DNA from: Alphaproteobacteria bacterium
Lineage (GTDB): Bacteria > Pseudomonadota > Alphaproteobacteria > Sphingomonadales > SMXR01
Direction: 5' to 3'
NCBI GenBank assembly: GCA_004356215.1
Contig: SMXR01000032.1
Span: forward strand, 1 to 43,320
DNA: 43,320 nt
The notes under the pieces are model-generated. The model made no database searches, was not told the origin of the DNA, and saw only the letters and a list, made by a program, of their open reading frames with translations. Each line of letters begins with the position of its first letter. The first letter of the stretch is position 1. This document shows, piece after piece, positions 18,082 through 25,694 of the stretch. The translations under genes were made by a program, and so were the position numbers.

Positions 18082-19389
18082 TTAAAACCTGTCCCAGCCA
18101 GCGTTGCGGGCTTCTATTTCCGCCAGTTTTTCATCAATTTCCTCACGCGACAGCCAAACACCGCGAACCATGACACCGACGATGGAGCGCATGTTGGAAA
18201 TATCTTCCAGGGGATTGCCCTCGAGAAGAATCATATCGGCACGCTGCCCGGGGGCGATTTTGCCAAAGGTATCTTTATCTGCAAAAAATTCGCCGACAGC
18301 AGACGTGCCCGACGTGAGAATTTGTTCAGGGCTCAGGCCTGCTTCGGCCATCGCCTGCATTTCACGATGAATGGAAAAACCCGGGACGCTATAAAGCTGA
18401 GGCGCATCAGAGCCAAGCAGGATAGTGGCGCCAGCATCGGCAAGGGCCTTTAAGGTTATTTCGCGGTTTTCGACATCTAGCCGAGCTTGGGTCAGGGCGT
18501 TTCCAGATCGCTGGCCACGGTAGCGTCTCCGGTTCTGGGCGCGGGCCTCCGGGGATATATATTTCAACTCTGCCATGGCTTCCAGATCCGCCCTGGTGGG
18601 AAGGCCGAGCAAGGTTGCCCAGAGATGATTGGTCGGGACGACCGCGGCGCCACTTTCAAGCGTCATTTGCACGGCTCTGTCGCGCTCCTCCCCACCGGTA
18701 AAAAATTCATAGCCATCGAGGTGATCAATAGTCACCTGACCGGCTTCAAGGGCGCGCTCCAGCCCGACATCGGCGGGGACATGGCCGCCCCAGGTGATGC
18801 CAAGCCTGGTTGCCTCATCGGCCATGGCATCGTATTCAGCGCGGCTCATGCCCGGGTGGATTTTCAGGAAATCCCAGCCCGCCGCCACCTGGTCGCGGAC
18901 CATCCGGCGCGCCTGGTTTGGCGAAGACACCGAATTACCATTAAAACTGGGCCCCCCCAGATAAAGCGTCGGTCCCAAAACTTCACCGGCGTTAATTTTG
19001 TCGCGCAATTTAAACTGTCCGGCGTTGCCGAGCATGCCGCGTACCGTGGTCACCCCCTGGCTGACATATAGAAACAACAGGTCTTTCAGATCCCGGTCAA
19101 TTCTGGTGGCGCGAGGGATATGGCCGTGCATTTCAGTCAGGCCCGGGATCAGGTATTTCCCGGTGCCATTTATCGCCATGACGTTTTCAGGTAATTTAAC
19201 CTGTGTATTTTCCTCAACGCTGACAATCCGTCCACCCTCAACAACAACCAAGGCATGTTCAAGGATCATATCCCCTCCCATGGTAATCACATTGACATTT
19301 ACAAAAGCAATTCGCTCATCTTCATCCGCAAATGTTGGGGCTAAAAAGAAAAAGAAAACTGAAAAAAAAGCTAGAAACCGTTTCATCAC
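18082..19389 (-). CDS. Secreted metal-dependent amidohydrolase family protein
   Basis: Signal peptide MMKRFLAFFSVFFFFLAPTFA. HxH metal motif (EMHGHIP). Later H/D ligands (GGHV, IDHLDG, LGSDAP) are typical of the COG1228 amidohydrolase fold. Confidence 0.78.
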   Translation of the reverse strand: MMKRFLAFFSVFFFFLAPTFADEDERIAFVNVNVITMGGDMILEHALVVVEGGRIVSVEENTQVKLPENVMAINGTGKYLIPGLTEMHGHIPRATRIDRDLKDLLFLYVSQGVTTVRGMLGNAGQFKLRDKINAGEVLGPTLYLGGPSFNGNSVSSPNQARRMVRDQVAAGWDFLKIHPGMSRAEYDAMADEATRLGITWGGHVPADVGLERALEAGQVTIDHLDGYEFFTGGEERDRAVQMTLESGAAVVPTNHLWATLLGLPTRADLEAMAELKYISPEARAQNRRRYRGQRSGNALTQARLDVENREITLKALADAGATILLGSDAPQLYSVPGFSIHREMQAMAEAGLSPEQILTSGTSAVGEFFADKDTFGKIAPGQRADMILLEGNPLEDISNMRSIVGVMVRGVWLSREEIDEKLAEIEARNAGWDRF

Positions 19390-19393
19390 AAGC

Positions 19394-20515
19394 CTACAAA
19401 ATTTTGCTTAAGGACCAAAATCCGTCAACGAAGGCACGGCCGAGGCGGATGCAGCGTTCCGGCGACCAGCCCTGGTCGGGATCGGGCAGGTTGGCGTTAT
19501 CCTTGAACGGCATCTCGAGGGTGGTCGAGAATATGCCGAAATGGTTGGCGATGTAATTGGACGCGATCGAGAGATCGGCCCCGCTTGGTTTATCTTTGGG
19601 ATAGCCCCTTTCCTTTTGGAAATCGGGAGAAATTTCCACCATTTTATCGACCAGAAATTCGTATTGATCGGTCATCTTCTGGGTCAGCTTCGGGATACCC
19701 TCGATGCCGATCAGGAAATTGTAGGGCAGGGCCTCGTCGCCATGGACATCAAAATGGAAATCCATGCCGTATTTTGTCATCGCCTCAAGGCAAAGATAAA
19801 CTTCGGGTGAGTTTTCCATCGAAGCCTTGTTCCATTCACGGTTAAGGTTTACCCCCTTGGCGTTAGTCCTTAAGTGCCCGCGTTTTGAGCCATCGGGATT
19901 GATGTTGGGGATGACATAAAAAGTGGCCTCACCCAGGAGTTTTTTGGCCACCGGGTCGTGTTCATCCACCAGCCGTTCCAAAAAGCCTTCGATCCACCAT
20001 TCGGCCATGGTCTCGCCGGGGTGCTGGCGCGCGGTAACCCAGAACTTCAATCGTGATTTGGTGTTCCCGATAATCAACAGATCAAGATCCTGGCCATCCA
20101 GGGTCTGACCCAGCACCTCTTGTTCCACCAGCGGGCTTTCGGAAATGCCCGCCACCATATCGGCGTGGCGTTCCATCGAATAGGGCGCGAAATAAGCGTA
20201 ATAAACCGAATCCTTGTCAGGGGTGTGGTTGATGGTCAAAACCTCCCCGTCAAATTCGGTTGGAACCCGGAACCAGTGTTCGCGGTCATAGGAAACGCAC
20301 ACACTGTAATCCTTGAAACCCCTGGTATAGGCGGCTTTTCCGGCGTTGATGATTTTCATCGCACAGGCCTGGCCCTTGGCGCCGGTGAGGCGGTAATGGA
20401 ACCACTGATAAAAGTGCGAGCCGTTATCGATGCGGATTTCAAGCTGGATATCGCCCGCCTTTTTAGAGGATTTGACAATAATATTGCCGCTGTCGAAATT
20501 ACTGTTGATATGCAT
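19394..20515 (-). CDS. M14-family zinc carboxypeptidase-like protein (bacterial cytosolic-carboxypeptidase-like, N-terminal beta-sandwich domain)
   Basis: N-terminus MHINSNFDSGNI plus the HxxE zinc motif (RQHPGETMAEWW) and downstream NPDG / HGDE blocks. No signal peptide. Its stop lies 4 nt from the amidohydrolase start. Confidence 0.78.
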   Translation of the reverse strand: MHINSNFDSGNIIVKSSKKAGDIQLEIRIDNGSHFYQWFHYRLTGAKGQACAMKIINAGKAAYTRGFKDYSVCVSYDREHWFRVPTEFDGEVLTINHTPDKDSVYYAYFAPYSMERHADMVAGISESPLVEQEVLGQTLDGQDLDLLIIGNTKSRLKFWVTARQHPGETMAEWWIEGFLERLVDEHDPVAKKLLGEATFYVIPNINPDGSKRGHLRTNAKGVNLNREWNKASMENSPEVYLCLEAMTKYGMDFHFDVHGDEALPYNFLIGIEGIPKLTQKMTDQYEFLVDKMVEISPDFQKERGYPKDKPSGADLSIASNYIANHFGIFSTTLEMPFKDNANLPDPDQGWSPERCIRLGRAFVDGFWSLSKIL

Positions 20516-20527
20516 AAACTGGTCTTT

Positions 20528-21127
20528 CTATTCGCTGTCTATTGTAACCGTGTTGGTGGTGCCCGAAGCCCCCGGCCAACCTTCAAACAGGGCTTCAATC
20601 AAAAGCGGCATAACCCCGGGCATATTTGCGCCCTTGGCATAGCCGTTTGCGCTGCCTTCATAAAGCCGCGCTCCGGTTTTGGCGTCATCGATCAAAAGCG
20701 TCAGGAAATGGCGGTGATAAACCTGGCTGCTGTCGCTTAAATCCACGCTTGTTGAGATCCCGCCGCCAACGTGGCTGCCATATCCGCCAATGCCAATTCC
20801 AAGCGTTGGCCCTGAAGAAGGCCGGTAATTTGGATCGGGCACGGCGCCATAACCAACCGTGACCACTATATCGGGATCCGCTCCGGCCGTGACAAGATAA
20901 CCGAGGCCATCCAGCCGGGCGCCGATCATCCCGGCATAAGAGTTAAATTCAAGGCCGCCCTCATTCCCTTCGGCGGGCACTATGATTGCCGCTTCCCCTT
21001 CCGGGGCGGACAATTGGTGAAAGCGGTTCACTTCAGCCTTGAAGGCGGAAGATGCGCACGCGGATAATATCAGCAAAAATCCCAACAGGCCTGCTCCCAA
21101 CACGCTGCGTTTGCCAAGATTTTTCAT
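20528..21127 (-). CDS. Lipoprotein, DUF4136-like
   Basis: I trimmed the ORF-track start (21211) to ATG 21127, which has GGAG 8 nt upstream. Lipobox L-S-A-C with Cys24. Central Gly-rich stretch. The C-terminal pattern FLTLLIDDAKTGARLYEG resembles DUF4136. The family call is tentative. Confidence 0.6.
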   Translation of the reverse strand: MKNLGKRSVLGAGLLGFLLILSACASSAFKAEVNRFHQLSAPEGEAAIIVPAEGNEGGLEFNSYAGMIGARLDGLGYLVTAGADPDIVVTVGYGAVPDPNYRPSSGPTLGIGIGGYGSHVGGGISTSVDLSDSSQVYHRHFLTLLIDDAKTGARLYEGSANGYAKGANMPGVMPLLIEALFEGWPGASGTTNTVTIDSE

Positions 21128-21230
21128 AGGTTTTTCTCCGGTTTTCTCTTCAAGTATGTTGAAGCCAGACCACCATAATAGGGAATTAGTGGCCCGGCCA
21201 GAAAATTTCACTAAATTTTGGTTTATCCGG

Positions 21231-21259
21231 TTGACATTTATCGGCCTGCGGCCTATTTT
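21231..21259 (+). promoter_or_regulatory. Sigma70-like promoter upstream of rpmJ
   Basis: TTGACA (21231-21236), 17-nt spacer, TATTTT (21254-21259), about 60 nt upstream of the rpmJ ATG. Confidence 0.4.
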
Positions 21260-21318
21260 CGCGCCGCTTCAAGGGGATAAAACCCCGCTCATTTGAAAAG
21301 ACCAATAAGGATCCGGCC

Positions 21319-21444
21319 ATGAAGGTTCGCAATTCTTTAAAATCGCTGAAAGGCCGGCACCGGGACAACCGGGTTATCCGCCGCAGGGGCCGGACCTTCG
21401 TGATCAATAAAACCAACCGCCGTTTCAAGGCGCGCCAGGGCTAG
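21319..21444 (+). CDS. rpmJ: 50S ribosomal protein L36 (41 aa; not in the supplied ORF track)
   Basis: Hand translation gives [41 protein letters not shown] followed by TAG. This is the characteristic alphaproteobacterial bL36 sequence. Confidence 0.9.
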   Translation: MKVRNSLKSLKGRHRDNRVIRRRGRTFVINKTNRRFKARQG

Positions 21445-21472
21445 GCCCGGCGTTGCCTGCATTATGCCCAGT

Positions 21473-21502
21473 GCCCTGACCACCCCTGGCCAGGGCTTTT
21501 TT
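21473..21502 (+). terminator. Putative intrinsic terminator after rpmJ
   Basis: GCCCTG (21473-78) pairs with CAGGGC (21491-96) across a 12-nt loop, followed by TTTTTT. Confidence 0.4.
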
Positions 21503-21519
21503 ATGGGCTTTTTTATGTC

Positions 21520-22131
21520 ATGACCGCCCAACCGACATCAGTCATCTTTGATATTGGCAAGGTGCTGATCGAATGGGACCCGCGCGCCCTTTTTGAAAAG
21601 CTTATTGATGATGCCGAGGAACTCGACTGGTTCCTCGCGGAAGTGGTCAGCTTCGGGTGGCACCACGAGCACGATCGCGGCATGCCATTTGCCGCCAGCC
21701 TTGCCGCCAAGGCAATGGAATACCCGGATTATACCAACCTGATCTATGCTTACCGCGAACGCTGGCGTGAAACCATCCCGGGACCGATAAAGGGGGTTGT
21801 CGATATTTTAAGAACCCTCGACAACAAGGGGGTTTCCTGTTTTGCCCTGACCAATTATTCGGCGGAAACCTGGCCCGAACTCGAAGCCGAGTTTGACTGG
21901 ATCAAGTGTTTTAGGGATATCGTGGTTTCCGGCCGCGAGGGGCTGGTCAAACCTGAGATGCCAATTTACCACTTGGCCCGTGAGCGGTTCGGATTGCGTG
22001 CCGGTGAGGGGTTGTTCATTGATGACCGGTTGGAGAATATCACATCCGGCGAAGCCGCCGGTTTCGTCGGTCATCATTTTATAGACGTGAAAACCCTTGA
22101 AGCAGACCTGAAGGAACGGAACCTTTTGTAG
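21520..22131 (+). CDS. HAD-superfamily hydrolase (subfamily IA-like)
   Basis: Motif I VIFDIGKVLI, motif II ALTNYS, motif III/IV KPEMPIY ... LFIDDRLENI; 203 aa. Confidence 0.78.
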   Translation: MTAQPTSVIFDIGKVLIEWDPRALFEKLIDDAEELDWFLAEVVSFGWHHEHDRGMPFAASLAAKAMEYPDYTNLIYAYRERWRETIPGPIKGVVDILRTLDNKGVSCFALTNYSAETWPELEAEFDWIKCFRDIVVSGREGLVKPEMPIYHLARERFGLRAGEGLFIDDRLENITSGEAAGFVGHHFIDVKTLEADLKERNLL

Positions 22132-22132
22132 G

Positions 22133-23596
22133 CTAATCCCCGGTAAACCGGACGTTCTTGGGCTTGCCCTTAAGCTCGTTACCCTTGATTTCGGCGACGT
22201 GGAGGACATTGGTTGAGCCGGGCACACCGAAGGGCACCCCGGCGGTGACGATAATCCGGTCCCCCTTCTTGGCCAACCCCTGGCGCATGGCAACGCGTTT
22301 GGCCTTGCCGATCATTTCCTCAAAACTTGAAACGTCGCGGGTTTTCACCGTGTGCAAGCCCCACACCAGGCAAAGTTTTCTGGCGACATGCAGGTTGGGG
22401 GTCAGCGTCAGGATTGGCGCCATCGGGCGCTCACGGGCGGCGCGAAGCGCGGTCGAGCCCGAAGCGGTAAAGGTGACAATGGCGCTGGCACCGAGGCTGC
22501 GGGTAATCCCGCGGGCGGCGGCGGTGATCGCGTCATCGGTGGTCGGGGTGCCGGCGAGGGCTTCGCGGTGCAGCATTTTCCGGTACGAAGGGTCATTTTC
22601 GATCTGGGTGGCAATTTTATCCATGACAATGACCGCTTCCACCGGGAAATCACCAATGGCGCTTTCGGCCGACAGCATCACCGCATCGGCGCCGTCGAAA
22701 ATGGCGTTGGCCACATCCGATACCTCGGCGCGGGTCGGCACCGGGTTTTTGATCATCGATTCGAGCATTTGGGTGGCGACAACCACCGGCTTGCCCATCG
22801 AGCGGGCGGTGCGGATGATCTTTTTCTGGATCATCGGCACCTCTTCAACCCGGGCCTCAACGCCGAGGTCGCCGCGGGCAACCATGGTCGCGTCGGAGAA
22901 TTTCAAAATCTCTTCAAGCTCCCCTAAAGCCGCCGGTTTTTCGATTTTAGCCAATAGCCCGGCGCGGCCATTGATCAGCCGTTGCGCCTCTTTGACATCG
23001 CTGGCGCGTTGCACAAACGACAGCGCAATCCATTCCACCCCTTGCTCGAGGGCAAAATTCAGGTCGCGGCGATCCTTGGCCGTCAGGGCCTTCATCGGCA
23101 ACACCGCATTGGGCAGGTTAACCCCCTTGTGATTGGACAGCGGACCGCCAATTTTTACCTTGCAGGTGATCGCTTGCTTTCCGGCCTTTTCCACCACCAT
23201 GAAAATTTTACCGTCATTAAGCAGCAGGCTACTGCCCTTACGTATAGCGCCATAGACCTCAGGGTGGGGGAAGCTGACGCGGGCGTCATCACCATCGGTT
23301 TTGTTCAGATCAAGGGTAAAGGACTGTCCGTTTTTCAGGGTGACCTGGCCGTCTTTAAAATTGCCGATGCGCAGTTTAGGCCCTTGCAGGTCAACCATAA
23401 TGGCGATCGGCCGCCCGACCTTTTCTTCAACGCTGCGGATGTTGGAAATCAGCTCACGTTTATCATCCTGATTGCCGTGGCTCATGTTGACACGGAACGT
23501 ATCAACACCCGCTCTATAGAGCGTCTCAATAGCTTTCTGGGAGGAGGTTGCGGGGCCGAGGGTGGCAATAATCTTGGTTTTTCTCTTACGCGACAT
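22133..23596 (-). CDS. pyk: Pyruvate kinase
   Basis: KTKIIATLGPA, FRVNMSHG and MVARGDLGVE motifs; 487 aa. Confidence 0.92.
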   Translation of the reverse strand: MSRKRKTKIIATLGPATSSQKAIETLYRAGVDTFRVNMSHGNQDDKRELISNIRSVEEKVGRPIAIMVDLQGPKLRIGNFKDGQVTLKNGQSFTLDLNKTDGDDARVSFPHPEVYGAIRKGSSLLLNDGKIFMVVEKAGKQAITCKVKIGGPLSNHKGVNLPNAVLPMKALTAKDRRDLNFALEQGVEWIALSFVQRASDVKEAQRLINGRAGLLAKIEKPAALGELEEILKFSDATMVARGDLGVEARVEEVPMIQKKIIRTARSMGKPVVVATQMLESMIKNPVPTRAEVSDVANAIFDGADAVMLSAESAIGDFPVEAVIVMDKIATQIENDPSYRKMLHREALAGTPTTDDAITAAARGITRSLGASAIVTFTASGSTALRAARERPMAPILTLTPNLHVARKLCLVWGLHTVKTRDVSSFEEMIGKAKRVAMRQGLAKKGDRIIVTAGVPFGVPGSTNVLHVAEIKGNELKGKPKNVRFTGD

Positions 23597-23668
23597 TTTT
23601 GTCCTTGCTTCCAGGTAACTTTCACTTATCTATCAGTTTAGTTTATTCCATAGGATTATTACAGAGTT

Positions 23669-24391
23669 ATGATCATTACCCCTGAAATTATAAATAAAGG
23701 CGGCGCCGCCAACCTGGTTTTGATCTGCGATCATGCCTCAAATTTTATCCCCGAAGACTACGCCGGCCTCGGCCTGAATGACGATTTGCTGAAAACCCAC
23801 ATCGCCTGGGATATCGGTTCCGAGGCGCTGACCCGGGGGCTTTCCAAAATTCTTGATGCCCCGGCGCTGCTTGCGCGCCATTCCCGGCTGTTGATCGATA
23901 CCAACCGCGAGGTTGGCGATGACACCCAGATCGTGGCCAAAAGCGACGGGATCGATATCCCCGGCAACCAGGGTCTGGAAATGGCTGGGCGGTTACAGCG
24001 TATCAAAAACTTTTACCTGCCCTTCCATGAAACCTGCGATGCGCTGGTGGCGGCGCGGCTGGAGGCGCATCCATGCGTCATCGGGGTCCATACTTTTACC
24101 AAGGTTTATGGCGGCCGTGGCCGCGATCTGGAAATAGCGGTGATGTGGAATGCCGACAACCGCCTGGCCACCCTGTTCGGAAAGATATTTGAGGCCAAGG
24201 GCCTGAAAGTCGGCTGGAACGAGCCTTATTCGGGCAAGAATTTCTTTTATTCGATGGACCGCCACGGCCGGGATAACAACCTGCCCCACCTCGCCGTCGA
24301 GGTCAGGCAAGACCTGGTTGAAACCAAGACCGGCCAGAAAAAATTCGCGAAAATAATCGCTGACGCTTACTCAGAAATCAAAGGGTTTTAA
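23669..24391 (+). CDS. N-formylglutamate amidohydrolase family (PF05013-like) protein
   Basis: LVLICDHASNFIP and RLLIDTNRE blocks, HTF...R and VEVRQD blocks typical of the FGase family; 240 aa. No hut genes are nearby. Confidence 0.7.
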   Translation: MIITPEIINKGGAANLVLICDHASNFIPEDYAGLGLNDDLLKTHIAWDIGSEALTRGLSKILDAPALLARHSRLLIDTNREVGDDTQIVAKSDGIDIPGNQGLEMAGRLQRIKNFYLPFHETCDALVAARLEAHPCVIGVHTFTKVYGGRGRDLEIAVMWNADNRLATLFGKIFEAKGLKVGWNEPYSGKNFFYSMDRHGRDNNLPHLAVEVRQDLVETKTGQKKFAKIIADAYSEIKGF

Positions 24392-25220
24392 AGTCGAGCT
24401 TGGTGCCGGGCAGGAATTGTTCCAGGTGCGAAAGCGCCGCCGGATCGCCGGTGGTGAAGAATTCCAGCTTTCCGCCCGAGTTATCTGCAAATTCAGGGTG
24501 GCGGGTAAGGTAGGCTGTGAGCGAGGCGGCGACAATATCCGGTTGCGAGAGGATCTCCACCCCTGCGGGCAGCGCGTCCCTGAACAGGTTTTCAACCAGC
24601 GGATAGTGGGTACAGCCGAGGAAAACCGCATCGAGCCGTTCGCCGATCAACTGGCCCATCAGCTTGGTGCAAAAGCTGGCGACCATGTCCCTCAGGTCGT
24701 CTTCAGCCAGATTTTCTTCAATCGCCCCAACCAGCCCCGGGCAGGCCTGCTGGATCACCTGGACCTTGGGCGCGCGCAGGCGCACCTGGTGGGGATAGGC
24801 GCCGCTTTCCACCGTGCTGTGGGTGGCGAAAACACCCACGTTTTTAGAAGGAACGCTGCTTAAGCCCGGGTTGTTACGGTCCCAGTCAAGCCCGGTCAGG
24901 GCTTCGACCATCGGCACCAAAACCCCGAGGATGCGATGATCAGGATAATGCCCGGGCAGCCATTCCTCCTGAATTTCACGAAGCGCGATCGCCGATGCGG
25001 TGTTGCAGGCAAGAATAACCAGGCGGATACCGCGTCCGAACAAGGTTTCGATCATGGCGGTGGTGAATTTCAGGATTTCGGCCTCCGAACGATTGCCATA
25101 GGGTCCGCGGTTGTGATCGCCCAGGTAAAAAAACGGCTGGTCGGGCAGCGCCTTGGCGCAGGCGCCCAGCACGGTCAGACCGCCAGAGCCAGAATCGCAT
25201 ATGCCGATGGGGTTTGTCAT
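24378..25220 (-). CDS. murI: Glutamate racemase
   Basis: ICDSGSGGLTV, LACNTAS and LGCTHYPL motifs. I trimmed the ORF-track start (25310) to ATG 25220 (MTNPIGICDSG...), giving 280 aa. Confidence 0.88.
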   Translation of the reverse strand: MTNPIGICDSGSGGLTVLGACAKALPDQPFFYLGDHNRGPYGNRSEAEILKFTTAMIETLFGRGIRLVILACNTASAIALREIQEEWLPGHYPDHRILGVLVPMVEALTGLDWDRNNPGLSSVPSKNVGVFATHSTVESGAYPHQVRLRAPKVQVIQQACPGLVGAIEENLAEDDLRDMVASFCTKLMGQLIGERLDAVFLGCTHYPLVENLFRDALPAGVEILSQPDIVAASLTAYLTRHPEFADNSGGKLEFFTTGDPAALSHLEQFLPGTKLDFKTL

Positions 25221-25316
25221 GTTCGTCTTCTTACGGTTGCTGATTGGGTATGCCAAGGAAAAAAGGCGAAAGCAGGTCGAAAAACAGTCGGCCACATCCC
25301 CCAAGAACAAGTCTTA

Positions 25317-25352
25317 CAATAAAAGAGACAGAAAGGTCTGTCTCTTTTATTG
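25317..25352. repeat. Perfect 16-bp inverted repeat (CAATAAAAGAGACAGA-aagg-TCTGTCTCTTTTATTG)
   Basis: Read directly from the sequence. The arms are exact reverse complements with a 4-nt loop, A-rich on one flank and T-rich on the other (bidirectional-terminator-like or operator-like). It lies in the murI-pnt intergenic region. Confidence 0.7.
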
Positions 25353-25488
25353 GAAGGATGCGGGTGATAAAATAAAATGGCGCCACCCGGGCATCCCCCA
25401 AAAAGGTCGATTTCGACGGTTGCGAAATAAAAAAACTGTGGTTAGGGTACCAATATTGAAACATCGAGCGATGAGAGGGCAACCGGAC

Positions 25489-25632
25489 ATGGCGACGTAT
25501 TCAAAAAATGAGTTCAGGGAAAGTCGCGCGGCCCAATACAAATACTTCCAGCGTATCCTGGCCTACTCAGTTTTTGGGATTGCCGGAACGCTGGTTTTTC
25601 TGATGTTCATGCTGAAATACGCCTGGTCCTGA
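25489..25632 (+). CDS. Small single-TM protein upstream of pnt (resembles the bacterial aa3-oxidase subunit IV-like COX4_pro_2 family)
   Basis: MATYSKNEFRESRAAQYKYFQRILAYSVFGIAGTLVFLMFMLKYAWS: a short polar head plus one TM helix. GAGAGGG lies 9 nt upstream. From memory, similar small genes precede pntA in other alphaproteobacteria. The 159-aa ORF-track version is not credible. Confidence 0.4.
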   Translation: MATYSKNEFRESRAAQYKYFQRILAYSVFGIAGTLVFLMFMLKYAWS

Positions 25633-25652
25633 TTTTTTCAGGACTTTTTTTT
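25626..25652 (+). terminator. Intrinsic terminator-like hairpin between the small ORF and pntAA
   Basis: GTCCTGA-ttttt-TCAGGAC followed by T8. The stem includes the small ORF stop codon. A second AGGAC-T8 copy follows at 25658-25670. Confidence 0.55.
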
Positions 25653-25694
25653 AGGCTAGGACTTTTTTTTAGCCATGGGAGATAAGCGGGGAAT

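Noticed and set aside
21128-21211. Longer upstream starts given by the ORF track for several genes: lipoprotein 21211, murI 25310, pntAB 26800, hsp20 37770, fba 41281, pgk 42492, rpsU 32631, DUF1192 36901.
   Set aside because: In each case an internal ATG preceded by a good Shine-Dalgarno restores the canonical family N-terminus. The extensions have no homology-like features or overlap the neighbouring gene.
22158-23132. Long antisense ORFs inside well-recognised genes: 22158-23132 within pyk, 27241-28143 within pntB, 38081-38869 spanning almost all of suhB, 12402-13190 within RND paralog 2, and 40409-41011 within fba.
   Set aside because: The opposite strand encodes proteins with unmistakable family motifs. 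The antisense products are Arg/Gly/Pro-rich and low-complexity, which is typical of stop-poor antisense frames in GC-rich coding DNA. No RBS or recognisable domains.
25153-25632. 159-aa ORF-track call upstream of pntAA.
   Set aside because: Its first part overlaps the murI start region in antisense and runs straight through the 16-bp palindrome. Only the last 47 codons (from ATG 25489) look like a real small membrane protein.
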